Below are positions 29,095 to 39,402 of a stretch of DNA of 64,000 nucleotides, in pieces. Source of the DNA: Deferribacterales bacterium (GTDB taxonomy: Bacteria > Chrysiogenota > Deferribacteres > Deferribacterales > Geovibrionaceae). The position numbers and the translations under genes are program-made. Location of the stretch: assembly GCA_050253075.1 (NCBI GenBank), contig JBFWJS010000001.1:512001-576000 (forward strand). Reading direction: 5' to 3'. The notes under the pieces are model-generated. The model was not told the origin of the DNA. It worked only from the letters and a program-made list of their open reading frames with translations, and ran no database searches. Position 1 is the stretch's first letter, and each line of letters begins with the position of its first letter.

Positions 29095-29863
29095 AAAGAT
29101 GATATCGAAAGACAGGGCAATATTTATGGCGCTCTTCTTTCTGTCCGGATCTGTTCTGTTCGGCGCAGGGCTCATCGTATGGTATTTCATGTCGATAGGT
29201 GCTGCGGTTATTTCAAAGGAGATATCTGCCGTTATATCGGGGATATTTATCCTTTTTGCGCTGTCTATGACATTTTTCTCTATAATTTTTGCGTATACTG
29301 CTCTCACGGGACGGCATTATGCGCATGTGAAAGGCTTCCGCCGTGTGGCACAGAGGCTGACGCTCCCCCTTATACTCCGCACGGGTAAGATGCTCGGGGT
29401 GGAAAAGGACAGGATAGTCAGAGCTTTCATAAACATTAACAACGAGATAGTACGCAGCCTCGTTCAGAATAAAAAGCCCGAGAACATACTGGTTCTCCTC
29501 CCCCATTGTCTTCAGCTGGAGGACTGTGACCTTAAGCTGACGAGCGATATAGGCAAGTGTGTGGGCTGTGGGAAATGCGATATAAAAGACCTTGTCGAAA
29601 TCGCAGAGAGATATAATTTATCAATAAATGTCGCCACAGGCGGTACAGTGGCGAGACGCATAGTGAAGGAATCCAGGCCGGATGTTATACTGGCTGTTGC
29701 TTGTGAGCGTGACCTTCTCAGCGGTATACAGGACACCTACCCGCTCCCCGTCATCGGGTTCTGCAACAGACGCCCCAACGGCGAATGCAGGAGCACAAGG
29801 GTGAATGTCCGCATGATAGAGGATGAAATAAAAAATATATATAAATCTCAGGAGGCAATATGA
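29087..29863 (+). CDS. DUF116 domain protein (Cys-rich, N-terminal TMs)
   Basis: LLPHCLQ...C..CGKC...ATGGT.AR...AVACERDL. Start may be ATG 29099. Confidence 0.85.
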   Translation: MNKKMISKDRAIFMALFFLSGSVLFGAGLIVWYFMSIGAAVISKEISAVISGIFILFALSMTFFSIIFAYTALTGRHYAHVKGFRRVAQRLTLPLILRTGKMLGVEKDRIVRAFININNEIVRSLVQNKKPENILVLLPHCLQLEDCDLKLTSDIGKCVGCGKCDIKDLVEIAERYNLSINVATGGTVARRIVKESRPDVILAVACERDLLSGIQDTYPLPVIGFCNRRPNGECRSTRVNVRMIEDEIKNIYKSQEAI

Positions 29864-30726
29864 GTAATACGCTTAAGACCGCATTTTTTATGACACTGCT
29901 TACGGTGCTTTTTATAGCTATCGGTGGAGTGCTTGGCGGCCGTGGCGGTGTGATTATGGCTTTTGGTTTTGCGATGGCGATGAACTTCTTCTCTTACTGG
30001 TTCAGCCACAGCATAATCCTTAAGATGTACAGAGCGAAAGAAGTTACCGAGGCGGAAGCGCCCGACCTTTACAGGATAGTCCGCAGACTGGCTGAAAAGG
30101 GCGGACTGCCCATGCCGAAGGTTTATATAATGAACAACCCTTCACCGAACGCATTTGCGACAGGGCGAGACCCTAAACACGGTGTTGTGGCTGTCACAAC
30201 GGGTATCATGCAGATACTGAACGAAGACGAGCTCGAAGGCGTTATCGCACACGAGCTGGCGCACATCCACGGACGTGACATCCTTATCGGTACGATAGCT
30301 GCGACATTCGCAGGTGCTATAATGATGCTGGCCGACTGGGCAAGGTTTGCCGCTATGTTCGGCGGATTCTCCCGTGATGATGAAGAGGGCGGACACCCTG
30401 CGGGCATTATAGTGGTGATACTGGTGAGCATACTCGCCCCTATCGCTGCCATGCTTGTGCAGATGGCTATCAGCCGTTCGAGGGAATACCTCGCAGACGA
30501 GCGCGGTGCACACCTTTCGGGTAAGCCTCAGGCACTCGCAAGCGCACTGGCTAAGATATCCGGAGCAGCAGAGTATAACCCTATGGAGAACGCAAAACCT
30601 GCCACGGCGCACATGATGATAATCAACCCGCTGAAAGGGAAGAGCCTGCTCTCTCTCTTTGCTACTCACCCACCTGTGGAGGAGCGCATACAGCGTCTTA
30701 ACGCTATCGCTCAGAAGATAGGCTAA
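29860..30726 (+). CDS. htpX: Zinc metalloprotease HtpX
   Basis: PNAFATGR, HELAH, SRSREYLAD, FATHPP. Confidence 0.95.
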   Translation: MSNTLKTAFFMTLLTVLFIAIGGVLGGRGGVIMAFGFAMAMNFFSYWFSHSIILKMYRAKEVTEAEAPDLYRIVRRLAEKGGLPMPKVYIMNNPSPNAFATGRDPKHGVVAVTTGIMQILNEDELEGVIAHELAHIHGRDILIGTIAATFAGAIMMLADWARFAAMFGGFSRDDEEGGHPAGIIVVILVSILAPIAAMLVQMAISRSREYLADERGAHLSGKPQALASALAKISGAAEYNPMENAKPATAHMMIINPLKGKSLLSLFATHPPVEERIQRLNAIAQKIG

Positions 30727-31865
30727 TGGCAGATAAATACAGAAAAAGACTGTTTAACCTGCTGAAATCCTACTACAAGGGAAGTCTGAGAGAAGACTAC
30801 TTTGAGGATTCTGCAGAGCAGAGATTTTACAGAAAAATATACTTTGAAACATTCAGGCATCTCGGATTTCTCGAGGGGTGCATTGATAAACTTTGCAGTC
30901 AGACACCCGGACCGGAGCTGAGATCGGCTCTGGTTCTGGGCGCCTGTCAGATGCTCTTTATGGACGACATACCGGACTATGCCGCCGTGAACGAGACTGT
31001 AACCCTTGTTCCTCAGAATAAGCGCAGTTTTGTCAACGCCGTACTGCGTAATGTCGGCCGCAGGAAAGAAGAGTTCCTCGGCAATTACAATGTCCGTGCA
31101 GATTTCCCAGAGTGGTTTGTGAAACGCTGGGAAGCAAAGCTGGGCGGAAGCCTTGAGGAATTCCTCACAGACCTGAACACAAAGCCGTCATTCTATGGTG
31201 TGGATACAGACACTATGGAAATGAAGAAGCTCGATGAATACAGCGACGATATGTACATCATGGACAGAGCATCCTATGCCGTTGCGAAGCTGGCGGGGAA
31301 CAGCATGCCTATGTCCATACTGGACTGCTGTGCTGCTCCCGGCGGGAAGACATTTGTCCTCGCTAAGACATATCCTGATGCAAGGGTCTTCGCCGTGGAA
31401 AAGTCTGAACGCAGATTTGAAAAGCTGAAGGAAAACATTGCAGAGCTGGGTTTGGGTAATGTGGACTGCATACACAGCGATATCTTCGAGCTGGAGACAG
31501 AGGCAGAGTTCGACCTTATACTCCTCGATGCACCCTGTTCCGCTCTGGGCACCATAAAGCGTCACCCTGAGGTGCGCTGGTTCAGAAGCGAAAAGGACAT
31601 AAAGGAAAACGCCAGAAGACAGTTCGGCATTTTGAAGAAAGTTTCACAGTTTCTCGCTCCGGGCGGAAAGATAATATACTCCGTCTGCTCTATGGAAGAC
31701 GAAGAGACTGTAGATGTCATAAAAGAATTTCTCGAATCCAATAAGTCTTTTAAAGTTGTTCCGCCTGTGTGCGACGACGATTTCAGAGACGGTGACTTCT
31801 TCCGTTCACTGCCGTATAAGAACGACGCCGACGGATTTTTTGCCGCTGTTCTGACAAAGAACTGA
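30726..31865 (+). CDS. rsmB: RsmB/Sun-type m5C rRNA methyltransferase with NusB-like domain
   Basis: FVNAVLR, DCCAAPGGKT, LDAPCS, YSVCS, DGFF. Confidence 0.85.
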   Translation: MADKYRKRLFNLLKSYYKGSLREDYFEDSAEQRFYRKIYFETFRHLGFLEGCIDKLCSQTPGPELRSALVLGACQMLFMDDIPDYAAVNETVTLVPQNKRSFVNAVLRNVGRRKEEFLGNYNVRADFPEWFVKRWEAKLGGSLEEFLTDLNTKPSFYGVDTDTMEMKKLDEYSDDMYIMDRASYAVAKLAGNSMPMSILDCCAAPGGKTFVLAKTYPDARVFAVEKSERRFEKLKENIAELGLGNVDCIHSDIFELETEAEFDLILLDAPCSALGTIKRHPEVRWFRSEKDIKENARRQFGILKKVSQFLAPGGKIIYSVCSMEDEETVDVIKEFLESNKSFKVVPPVCDDDFRDGDFFRSLPYKNDADGFFAAVLTKN

Positions 31866-31946
31866 TCATTTCAGTGCCGATATCCCTTGTGGGTGGGGTG
31901 TATCAAGCATATGTTTATATGCATATGATACCCTCGGAGGCACAAT

Positions 31947-32984
31947 ATGAAAGCTCTCGTTTATAACGGTCCGGGGCGTAAAGCTCTGGAAGAAAGACCA
32001 ATGCCTGATATCCTCGATGCGGGCGATGTTGTTGTGAAGATAAGCAAAACGACCATATGCGGAACTGACCTTCATATATTGAAAGGCGACGTACCCACAT
32101 GTGAGCCCGGCAGGATACTGGGGCATGAAGGCGTAGGAATAATAGAATCAGCAGGCTCCGCCGTGAAGTCATTCAAGAAAGGCGACAAGGTGCTGGTTTC
32201 ATGTATAAACTCTTGTGGCATATGTGAATATTGCCGAAGGGGCATGTTTTCCCACTGTGAGACAGGCGGGTGGATACTGGGCAATACCATAGACGGCCTT
32301 CAGGCTGAATATGCACGTATACCCCACGCAGATACCAGTCTGTATCACATCCCCGAAGGGATGGACGAGGAAGCCCTCGTGATGCTGAGCGACATCCTCC
32401 CCACAGGCTTTGAGTGCGGCGTGCTGAACGGCAAGGTCGCCCCGGGGAGCACCGTTGCCATAGTGGGCGCAGGGCCTATAGGTCTCGCTGCGCTTCTGAC
32501 GGCGCAGTTCTATTCACCTTCAAAGATAATCGTAATAGACATGGATAAGAGCAGGCTGGAAGTGGCAAAGAAATTCGGCGCTACAGATGTAGTGAACAAC
32601 TCTGAAACCGACGCAGTGAAAGCCGTGCAGGCTCTCACGGGAGGCAAAGGGGTGGATACTGCTATGGAGGCCGTGGGCATACCGGCAACATTCGAGCTTT
32701 GTCAGTATCTTATCGCTCCGGGCGGAGTGATCGCGAACATCGGCGTGCACGGTGTAAAGGCTGACCTGCATCTGGAAGACCTATGGTCTAAGAACATCAC
32801 CATCACCACGAGACTGGTGGATACGGTCTCCACGCCTATGCTGCTGAAAACAGTGCAGGCTGAAAAGGTAGACCCGAAAAAGCTGATCACCCACAGGTTC
32901 AAGCTGGATGACATAATGGAGGCATATGATGTCTTCGGAAGGGCTGCCGATACAGGCGCATTAAAGGTAATAATAGAAGCATAA
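31947..32984 (+). CDS. Zinc-dependent alcohol dehydrogenase family protein
   Basis: ICGTDLH, GHEG, CGICEYC...C, LSDILPTG, GAGPIG. Confidence 0.93.
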   Translation: MKALVYNGPGRKALEERPMPDILDAGDVVVKISKTTICGTDLHILKGDVPTCEPGRILGHEGVGIIESAGSAVKSFKKGDKVLVSCINSCGICEYCRRGMFSHCETGGWILGNTIDGLQAEYARIPHADTSLYHIPEGMDEEALVMLSDILPTGFECGVLNGKVAPGSTVAIVGAGPIGLAALLTAQFYSPSKIIVIDMDKSRLEVAKKFGATDVVNNSETDAVKAVQALTGGKGVDTAMEAVGIPATFELCQYLIAPGGVIANIGVHGVKADLHLEDLWSKNITITTRLVDTVSTPMLLKTVQAEKVDPKKLITHRFKLDDIMEAYDVFGRAADTGALKVIIEA

Positions 32985-32992
32985 TCATACAG

Positions 32993-33049
32993 GCGGGTCG
33001 GAATATGGACGAAAATACGTAATGATTCCGATCCGCTCTCTTATTTTTT
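32993..33049 (+). terminator. Probable intrinsic terminator
   Basis: GCGGGTCGGAAT...ATTCCGATCCGC stem followed by a T-rich tract. Confidence 0.55.
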
Positions 33050-33118
33050 ACAAAACTTATATAGAAATTTCTGCTAAAACAGTTAATATTGAAACTAGTT
33101 AATGTCTAGGGGTGATCC

Positions 33119-34108
33119 GTGCGTAAATATATCCTTTCAATATTCCTGCCGATACTGGTCTTTATCAGCATAAACAGCTTTGCATATACTCTGATGCCTG
33201 CGAAAAAACATGCAGTAATCACAGGCTATACCCGAGCGGTGAGCACCATGAGCGTGACAGCCGAAACATCGGGCAGGCTCTCAGATGTGAGGCTCGCTAT
33301 GGGTGATGTCTCCGACGGATCCGTATTCGCAGTCATAGACCCCACATTCACCAAGTACGACATACAATCCGTAACAAACTCTATAAAGAAGATAGACGCC
33401 TCAGTAGAGAGGCTTGAAAATAATATCGCATACCTCAAAAAAGAGTTCGGCAGGACGGAATCGCTCTATCTCAGCGAGGTAGAGACCGAAAGCAGGCGTG
33501 ACGCCGCAAGACAGTCTCTGGATCAGGCTGAGATGAGCCGTGACGAGCTCCTTGTGGAGAAAGAATCTCTCGGCATACAGCTCTCGCAGCTGAACGAAGT
33601 GCTCCGCAGACAGTATCTGAAAGTCCCCGCAGGGTGGACAGTGACCACAAAGCCTCTGGAAAAGGGCGAGCTGATATCCGCAGGTGCGCTGATAGCCAAA
33701 GCGGGAGATTTCAGAAAGCTGATAGTCCCTGTATTTGTGGATAATGCCCAGATGGATTATCTGGTGAAATCGGGCGGCATAGACGTCACCGTGGCGGGTG
33801 TAAAGCATAAGGCAAGGGTGAACAGAGTGAGCCCCGCCTTTGACGAGACCACACGCAAACGCCCCGCAGAGCTCATCATAGACATGAGCGGTGTGGGCGG
33901 TCTGACCGTTGAGATACCCGTGGAGACCGATGCCGAAGGGCTGATGGTTCATAAAGATGCTGTGAACGAGAGATATGCGAACGCAAGGGTCGTGTCGAAC
34001 GGACAGGAGATAAAGGTCAGCATATCCGGACGTGACGGCGACATGGTCATACTTGCGCCGAATGAAAAGCTGAAAGCAGGGATGGAGCTCGAGGCGGTGA
34101 ATAAGTGA
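33119..34108 (+). CDS. RND efflux periplasmic adaptor subunit
   Basis: Signal peptide, AETSGRL lipoyl half, coiled coil, RVSPAFDETTR. Confidence 0.8.
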   Translation: MRKYILSIFLPILVFISINSFAYTLMPAKKHAVITGYTRAVSTMSVTAETSGRLSDVRLAMGDVSDGSVFAVIDPTFTKYDIQSVTNSIKKIDASVERLENNIAYLKKEFGRTESLYLSEVETESRRDAARQSLDQAEMSRDELLVEKESLGIQLSQLNEVLRRQYLKVPAGWTVTTKPLEKGELISAGALIAKAGDFRKLIVPVFVDNAQMDYLVKSGGIDVTVAGVKHKARVNRVSPAFDETTRKRPAELIIDMSGVGGLTVEIPVETDAEGLMVHKDAVNERYANARVVSNGQEIKVSISGRDGDMVILAPNEKLKAGMELEAVNK

Positions 34109-37100
34109 AAGGATTCATAGAGTTCCTTTTATCCAAAAGGGCTGTCGTAAATGTTGTTTTTGCCATACTCCTTCTGGCGGGTATAAACAGCTTTATATCC
34201 TCGCCCATACAGAACATGCCCCCCGTCGATATCGGTAAGGTATTTATATATACCGTGTATTACGGTGCCTCACCCGACGATGTCGAGAGCCTTGTCACCA
34301 AAAAGATAGAAGACGCCATCGAAGACCTCGAAAACGTTGAATACATTCAGTCGAATTCCATGCGGAACGTCTCCGTGGTGGAGGTCAAATTCATCGACGA
34401 TTCAGACTATCAGGATCTCTATGACGAGATGCGCCTGAAGATACTTAATATAAAGAACGACCTGCCCGCAGAAGTGGACGAGCCTACATTCATCTATGTG
34501 GATACCGAGGCTTTTATGCCTGTTATGGCGGTGAATGTTTCGGGAGATGTATCAAACAAAACTCTCGAACTGCTCGCCACAGAGCTGAAGACCGAGATAC
34601 GCAAGATTGACGGCGTTGAATCTGTGGAGAAAACGGGGGAGTTCGAAGAGGAATTCCACGTTGCCCTTTCGCCTCAGAAGCTGAGGAAATACGGCATATC
34701 ATTCTATGAAGCGGCAAACGCAGTAAAGCTGGCGAACAGCCGTATCCCCGCAGGGACATACCGCAAGGGCGGGATGGAATATATGATGGACACTGGCGAG
34801 CGTTTTTCCTCGCAGGAATCCGTGCTGGACGCTGTGGTGAGAAAGGACGGCGACGGAAACTTTATCCGTGTGCGTGACCTCGCAGTATACGCAGGACCGA
34901 GCTTCCGTGACCCTGACATAATGGTGTCGGTGAACGGTAAGAGCGCAGTACAGCTCATCGTGAAAAAGCTCCGTGACGGCGACACATCCACCATAGCCAA
35001 AGAGATAAGGATCATATCCGACGAATTCGAGCAGATACACGCCGACGAAGGCGTTTCGATATACTACACACAGGACTCTACCCTTGAGATAGACGACTCC
35101 GTGCGTGTGCTCGGCGGGAACATGGTCATGGGTATCGTGCTGGTGGTGGTTATACTCTGGGTTGTGCTCGGGTTCAGGAACTCGATGCTGACATCCGTGG
35201 GGATACCTTTCTCCATCCTTTTTGCCGTGCTGATGAACCATGCCTTCGGATATTCTATTAATACTATTACAATATTCTCCTTTGTGCTGATATCGGGGAT
35301 CATCGTGGACGACTCCGTTATCATCGTGGAGAACATATACAGACACCTGCAGAACGGAAAGAGCATGAAGGATGCCGTGCGTGACGGTACGGCGGAGATA
35401 TTCTGGCCGGTGACATCGTCAGCGGTGACGACTATCCTCGCTTTCGTTCCTATGTTTATCATGACGGGCAGTACCGGTGATTTCTTTGCCTTCGTGCCTC
35501 TGACAGTGATATTTGCACTCGGTGCCTCGCTCATTGAGGCGCTATTCATCCTCCCCGTACATTACTATGAATGGGGGCCGAAAAGGGTGCACGACCACGA
35601 CGACGATGATCACGCCCATGTCAAAGGGGGCATATTCGGCTTTGCGTGGAACATATACAGCAGGATAATAACCGTGCTGCTGAACAACTCCGTGAAGACC
35701 CTTGTCGTCATGACTGTCGTCTTCTGGATAGCTATCGGCATACTTGTCGTTTCTGCTACCGGTGCTATACCGCTTATCAAGGTAAAGTTCTTCCCCGAGA
35801 GCTATTACAGATATCATGTGACATTCGAGATGCCTACGGGCACCCCTGTGGAGGTCACTGACGAGATAGTCAGGGACTATTCGAAATACATTATGGATAA
35901 AGGCGCAGGGGAAGCCTCTTCCGCTTCCGGTTATGCAGGATTTTTCGAAGATATGGATTATGTGCGCCACAGAGGGCACTACTACGGCTCGATAATCGTG
36001 ACACTGCCGCCGAGGACAGACCAGAAGTTCCCCGTGGCGGATGACGATGTGAATGCATACATAGACTACCTCAGACAGGATTTCATAGGATTTGCCAAAA
36101 ATAACGAAGAGAAATGGGGAGTTCTCCCCGATGTGAATATCTTCGGCGAAAATACGGGGCCTCCAGTCGGTAAAGACGTGAATGTCCGTGTGACTGCGAA
36201 CAGCCTCAGCGATGCCCAGAAGGCAGCGGATGAGGTGCTTAAATTCCTAGCTGAAAACCAAGAAACGAAAGTGCTGGTGGAACTGCAGGACAACAGAGCC
36301 AAAGAACAGGCAGCATTCGCCATAGTGCCCAGAAAGGACAAGGTGAAGGAATATAATCTGGACGAGACATCCGTCGTCGCCATCGCTTCAGGTGCGCTGA
36401 ACGGTATGTATGCGGGCAAGTACCGCTCGCTGGACGAAGAGATAGATCTGAAAGTGAAGCTGGTGAAAGATACGGATTATTACAACCACGGCTCAGACGG
36501 GATCACATCCCCTGAGGATGTTCTCATGCTGCCGATAGTCGAGAGCAGCACCCGACCGATATATCTGAAAGATGTGGTTTATATAGACTATAAGGCCGAG
36601 CCGAACGTTATGCGCAGGTATAACGGTAAGCCCGCAATAACAGTTACGGCGAACATCCCCGACGGCACAGACCTGACATCCAGCCGTGTGCAGAATCTGG
36701 TGAAGACGAACTTTCTCAATATCGCAGACAGATATCCGGGCGTTGTTATAGCTTTCGGAGGGGAATTCGAGGAGACAAACAGGGCATTTACGTCGCTCTT
36801 TGTGGCGTTTATCATTGCCGTGCTTGCCATATACCTTGTACTTACGGCGCAGTTCAACGACTATTTTCAGCCTATGCTGATACTTTCTGCCATAGCATTC
36901 GCCATTATCGGCGTGGTATACGGGATGTTTATCACCCGCTCCACGTTCACCATTCAGAGCTTTATCGCCGTGGTGGGGCTTGCGGGGGTAGCGGTGAATG
37001 ACTCGCTAATCCTCATAGATTTTATGAATGCGAGACGCAAAGAGGGGATGGCTCTCAGAGAGGCTGTCATGCGTGCGTGCAGTCAGCGTATGCGCCCGGT

Positions 37101-37305
37101 TCTCATCACTACTGTGACGACGATTCTCGGTCTGCTGCCTATGGCTGTGGGATTCCCGAATAAGTCTCTGGAGTGGTCGAGTATGGCGACAGCTTTTACG
37201 ACAGGGCTTGCCAGTGCGACGCTCCTTACACTGCTGATAGTTCCTGCGGAATATGAGCTGCTGGAAAGAATGCGCACATGGGTTCTGAACAAACGTAATA
37301 AATAA
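34105..37305 (+). CDS. RND efflux transporter permease
   Basis: 1066 aa; GASPDDVE, GIIVDDSVIIVEN, RMRPVLITT. Confidence 0.95.
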   Translation: MKGFIEFLLSKRAVVNVVFAILLLAGINSFISSPIQNMPPVDIGKVFIYTVYYGASPDDVESLVTKKIEDAIEDLENVEYIQSNSMRNVSVVEVKFIDDSDYQDLYDEMRLKILNIKNDLPAEVDEPTFIYVDTEAFMPVMAVNVSGDVSNKTLELLATELKTEIRKIDGVESVEKTGEFEEEFHVALSPQKLRKYGISFYEAANAVKLANSRIPAGTYRKGGMEYMMDTGERFSSQESVLDAVVRKDGDGNFIRVRDLAVYAGPSFRDPDIMVSVNGKSAVQLIVKKLRDGDTSTIAKEIRIISDEFEQIHADEGVSIYYTQDSTLEIDDSVRVLGGNMVMGIVLVVVILWVVLGFRNSMLTSVGIPFSILFAVLMNHAFGYSINTITIFSFVLISGIIVDDSVIIVENIYRHLQNGKSMKDAVRDGTAEIFWPVTSSAVTTILAFVPMFIMTGSTGDFFAFVPLTVIFALGASLIEALFILPVHYYEWGPKRVHDHDDDDHAHVKGGIFGFAWNIYSRIITVLLNNSVKTLVVMTVVFWIAIGILVVSATGAIPLIKVKFFPESYYRYHVTFEMPTGTPVEVTDEIVRDYSKYIMDKGAGEASSASGYAGFFEDMDYVRHRGHYYGSIIVTLPPRTDQKFPVADDDVNAYIDYLRQDFIGFAKNNEEKWGVLPDVNIFGENTGPPVGKDVNVRVTANSLSDAQKAADEVLKFLAENQETKVLVELQDNRAKEQAAFAIVPRKDKVKEYNLDETSVVAIASGALNGMYAGKYRSLDEEIDLKVKLVKDTDYYNHGSDGITSPEDVLMLPIVESSTRPIYLKDVVYIDYKAEPNVMRRYNGKPAITVTANIPDGTDLTSSRVQNLVKTNFLNIADRYPGVVIAFGGEFEETNRAFTSLFVAFIIAVLAIYLVLTAQFNDYFQPMLILSAIAFAIIGVVYGMFITRSTFTIQSFIAVVGLAGVAVNDSLILIDFMNARRKEGMALREAVMRACSQRMRPVLITTVTTILGLLPMAVGFPNKSLEWSSMATAFTTGLASATLLTLLIVPAEYELLERMRTWVLNKRNK

Positions 37306-37361
37306 TTGTCCCATTGTAGTAATGTGTATATAATCATCTAATTCTTATATGAGGTTATGAT

Positions 37362-38516
37362 TTGCTGGCAGACATACTTTTAAAGCTTGGCTTTCTGTCC
37401 CTTCCTACGTCTATATCGGGCGCAGAAGCGGCTTTGGGACTGCTCATCATCATGGCCTTTATCAAAGTGTTCAGGACGAAAGATTATTCTATCCTTAAAA
37501 AAGGCTTCTTCATCTTTTATATCTCGATGATAGCGATGGTTGTGATATCCGCTTTTACGGGGATAGATACGAAAGAATCCCTGAGAAGACTATCATCACC
37601 ATGGGTACTGATGTATCTCCCTGTTTTATACGTTATTTTCGAGGGTAAGGACAAGATAACCTATCTTATGTTTATGTTTACGGGCGGGATGCTCTCCACT
37701 TTTTACGGATTTTACAGATACTTTTTCGATCATCAATTACGCATGAAGGGTTTTCTCACCCATGCTCTGACATACGGTAACGTTACGGCGCTGGTATGCA
37801 TCACTGCTTTGGGTGTGCTGCTGTTTAAGGTGTATGAGAAAAGGTCGCATAAGTATATAACTCTCGCCGCTCTTATAATATGCACTGTCGGTCTGATAAT
37901 GTCAGGCAGCAGAGGCCCCATACTTTCCTTTGCCATATGCGCTTTGGCTATGGTGATATACCGCTTCAGGTGGCGAGGCGTCATTGCCGGGCTTTTGCTT
38001 TTTGCTCTGTTCAGCGGTGTTATTTACAGCGCTCCTTCTGTTAATAAAAGATTTGTCGGTACATTCGCAAATATAGATAAGCCAAAGTCGTCTATAGGAA
38101 CCCGTCTCATACTTTGGGATGCTACCAGCCAGGCGATAATGGTCAGACCCTTCTTTGGATACGGCAGCGGTAACTTTCGCAAGGTTATCAGCGAATATGT
38201 AAAAGTACCCGTGGCGAGCAGAGCACACGCACATAATACGTATCTCCAGTATACTTTCCTTCACGGATTCTTCGGCTTGGCGGCTTTGCTGGGCTTTCTG
38301 GGGTCGCTGATGTGGGAGATACTGAGGCGCAGGCGGAGCTCCGGTCTTATAAAGGTTTCTATATTCGTTCTTCTTCTTTTTATGCTGGAAGGTCTCACGG
38401 AGAATGCTCTGGGTGACTCAGAGGTTGTGATGGTATGTCTGGCGGTCATAGGTCTCGCCCTTGCACCGGGGAGACCCGCTATAACCGCTAAGAAAACTTC
38501 TACTGAAGCTGAATAG
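37362..38516 (+). CDS. O-antigen ligase (WaaL/Wzy_C) family protein
   Basis: Multi-TM protein with SGSRG, R..LW, PFFGYG, HAHNTYLQ. Confidence 0.88.
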   Translation: MLADILLKLGFLSLPTSISGAEAALGLLIIMAFIKVFRTKDYSILKKGFFIFYISMIAMVVISAFTGIDTKESLRRLSSPWVLMYLPVLYVIFEGKDKITYLMFMFTGGMLSTFYGFYRYFFDHQLRMKGFLTHALTYGNVTALVCITALGVLLFKVYEKRSHKYITLAALIICTVGLIMSGSRGPILSFAICALAMVIYRFRWRGVIAGLLLFALFSGVIYSAPSVNKRFVGTFANIDKPKSSIGTRLILWDATSQAIMVRPFFGYGSGNFRKVISEYVKVPVASRAHAHNTYLQYTFLHGFFGLAALLGFLGSLMWEILRRRRSSGLIKVSIFVLLLFMLEGLTENALGDSEVVMVCLAVIGLALAPGRPAITAKKTSTEAE

Positions 38517-39096
38517 AAGAAATTATCTCTTTCGCTTTTTCAGCCAGCTGTTCATTTGTACTTACATAAACGACTGTTATCTCCCATATCTGATCGTCTC
38601 TTTCGAGTATGGCTGACCTGAGTGCTGTGGGGTAGTCGCCTTTGAATCCTTCGCCTTTCACGAATGTTCCTTTCAGGTTTTCATCGGCAAAGGGTATAAC
38701 CTCGCTCTCGTATGCTCTGATGTCTCCGCTGGATTTTATCATCCCGTTGAGCTGTTCGGCATATTTCTCCGAGCTCAGGTCGTATTTGGCTGTTATGTGG
38801 TTTACCTTCAGCATGAAGGGTTCTGTCATATATTCGTATGCCGCATAGGCATCCAGTGTTTCTTTTGCATTTTCGTCGAGCTTAGTGGGGATGTGCTTCA
38901 TCTTTTCGGGAACGAAGAGGACCAGCCCTGTGTCTGCTATCTTTCTGGTGTCCCAGTTCTGGCTGAGTATCTCTGTAACAGTATTGCTTATGGCATCCTG
39001 CTGCTCTGAGTTGTTCATCATTTTTTTGGCGTATACCATACCGATAACGGCAACGATGAGTATCACTGCTATGAACTGAAGTCTTTTGTAATTCAT
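38500..39096 (-). CDS. Hypothetical membrane-anchored periplasmic protein
   Basis: 198 aa with a single N-terminal TM; RBS GAGGG. Confidence 0.7.
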   Translation of the reverse strand: MNYKRLQFIAVILIVAVIGMVYAKKMMNNSEQQDAISNTVTEILSQNWDTRKIADTGLVLFVPEKMKHIPTKLDENAKETLDAYAAYEYMTEPFMLKVNHITAKYDLSSEKYAEQLNGMIKSSGDIRAYESEVIPFADENLKGTFVKGEGFKGDYPTALRSAILERDDQIWEITVVYVSTNEQLAEKAKEIISSIQLQ

Positions 39097-39187
39097 ACTT
39101 CCCTCTGCATGTATAAGAATCTGAACAATTTAGCAGAAAAAATGTCTCATTTAAACAGGGATTTTCGGAAGCGGAAAACAAAAAGGC

Positions 39188-39216
39188 TTTACAAAAATCT
39201 GATTAGGATATAGGCT
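39188..39216 (+). promoter_or_regulatory. sigma70-type promoter of the SAM riboswitch leader
   Basis: TTTACA-N17-TAGGCT ending 9 nt before P1. Confidence 0.55.
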
Positions 39217-39225
39217 AACTTGAAA

Positions 39226-39333
39226 ACTTATCGAGAGTAGTGGAGGGACAAGGCCCTGTGAAGCTACAGCAGCCGGTCGGCATAGTAAGCTGATGTCTGG
39301 TGCTAATTCCGACCCTTAGAAGGAGAGATAAGT
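39226..39333 (+). ncRNA. SAM-I (S-box) riboswitch
   Basis: P1 ACTTATC/GATAAGT, GAGAG..GGAGGGAC..GGCCC..TGAAGC..CAGCAGCC, GGTGCTAATTCC; lies upstream of met genes. Confidence 0.95.
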
Positions 39334-39354
39334 CGATATGTCTAAGTGCATACC

Positions 39355-39392
39355 GCCTCTCCCAATATACCTTGGGCAGAGGCTTTTTTTTT
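39355..39392 (+). terminator. Riboswitch expression-platform terminator
   Basis: GCCTCT-CCCAA...TTGGG-C-AGAGGC followed by nine T. Confidence 0.85.
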
Positions 39393-39402
39393 GGAGGAAA
39401 TT

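Noticed and set aside
39346..39402. N-terminal extension of metY
   Set aside because: It overlaps the riboswitch terminator; GGAGG precedes ATG 39403.
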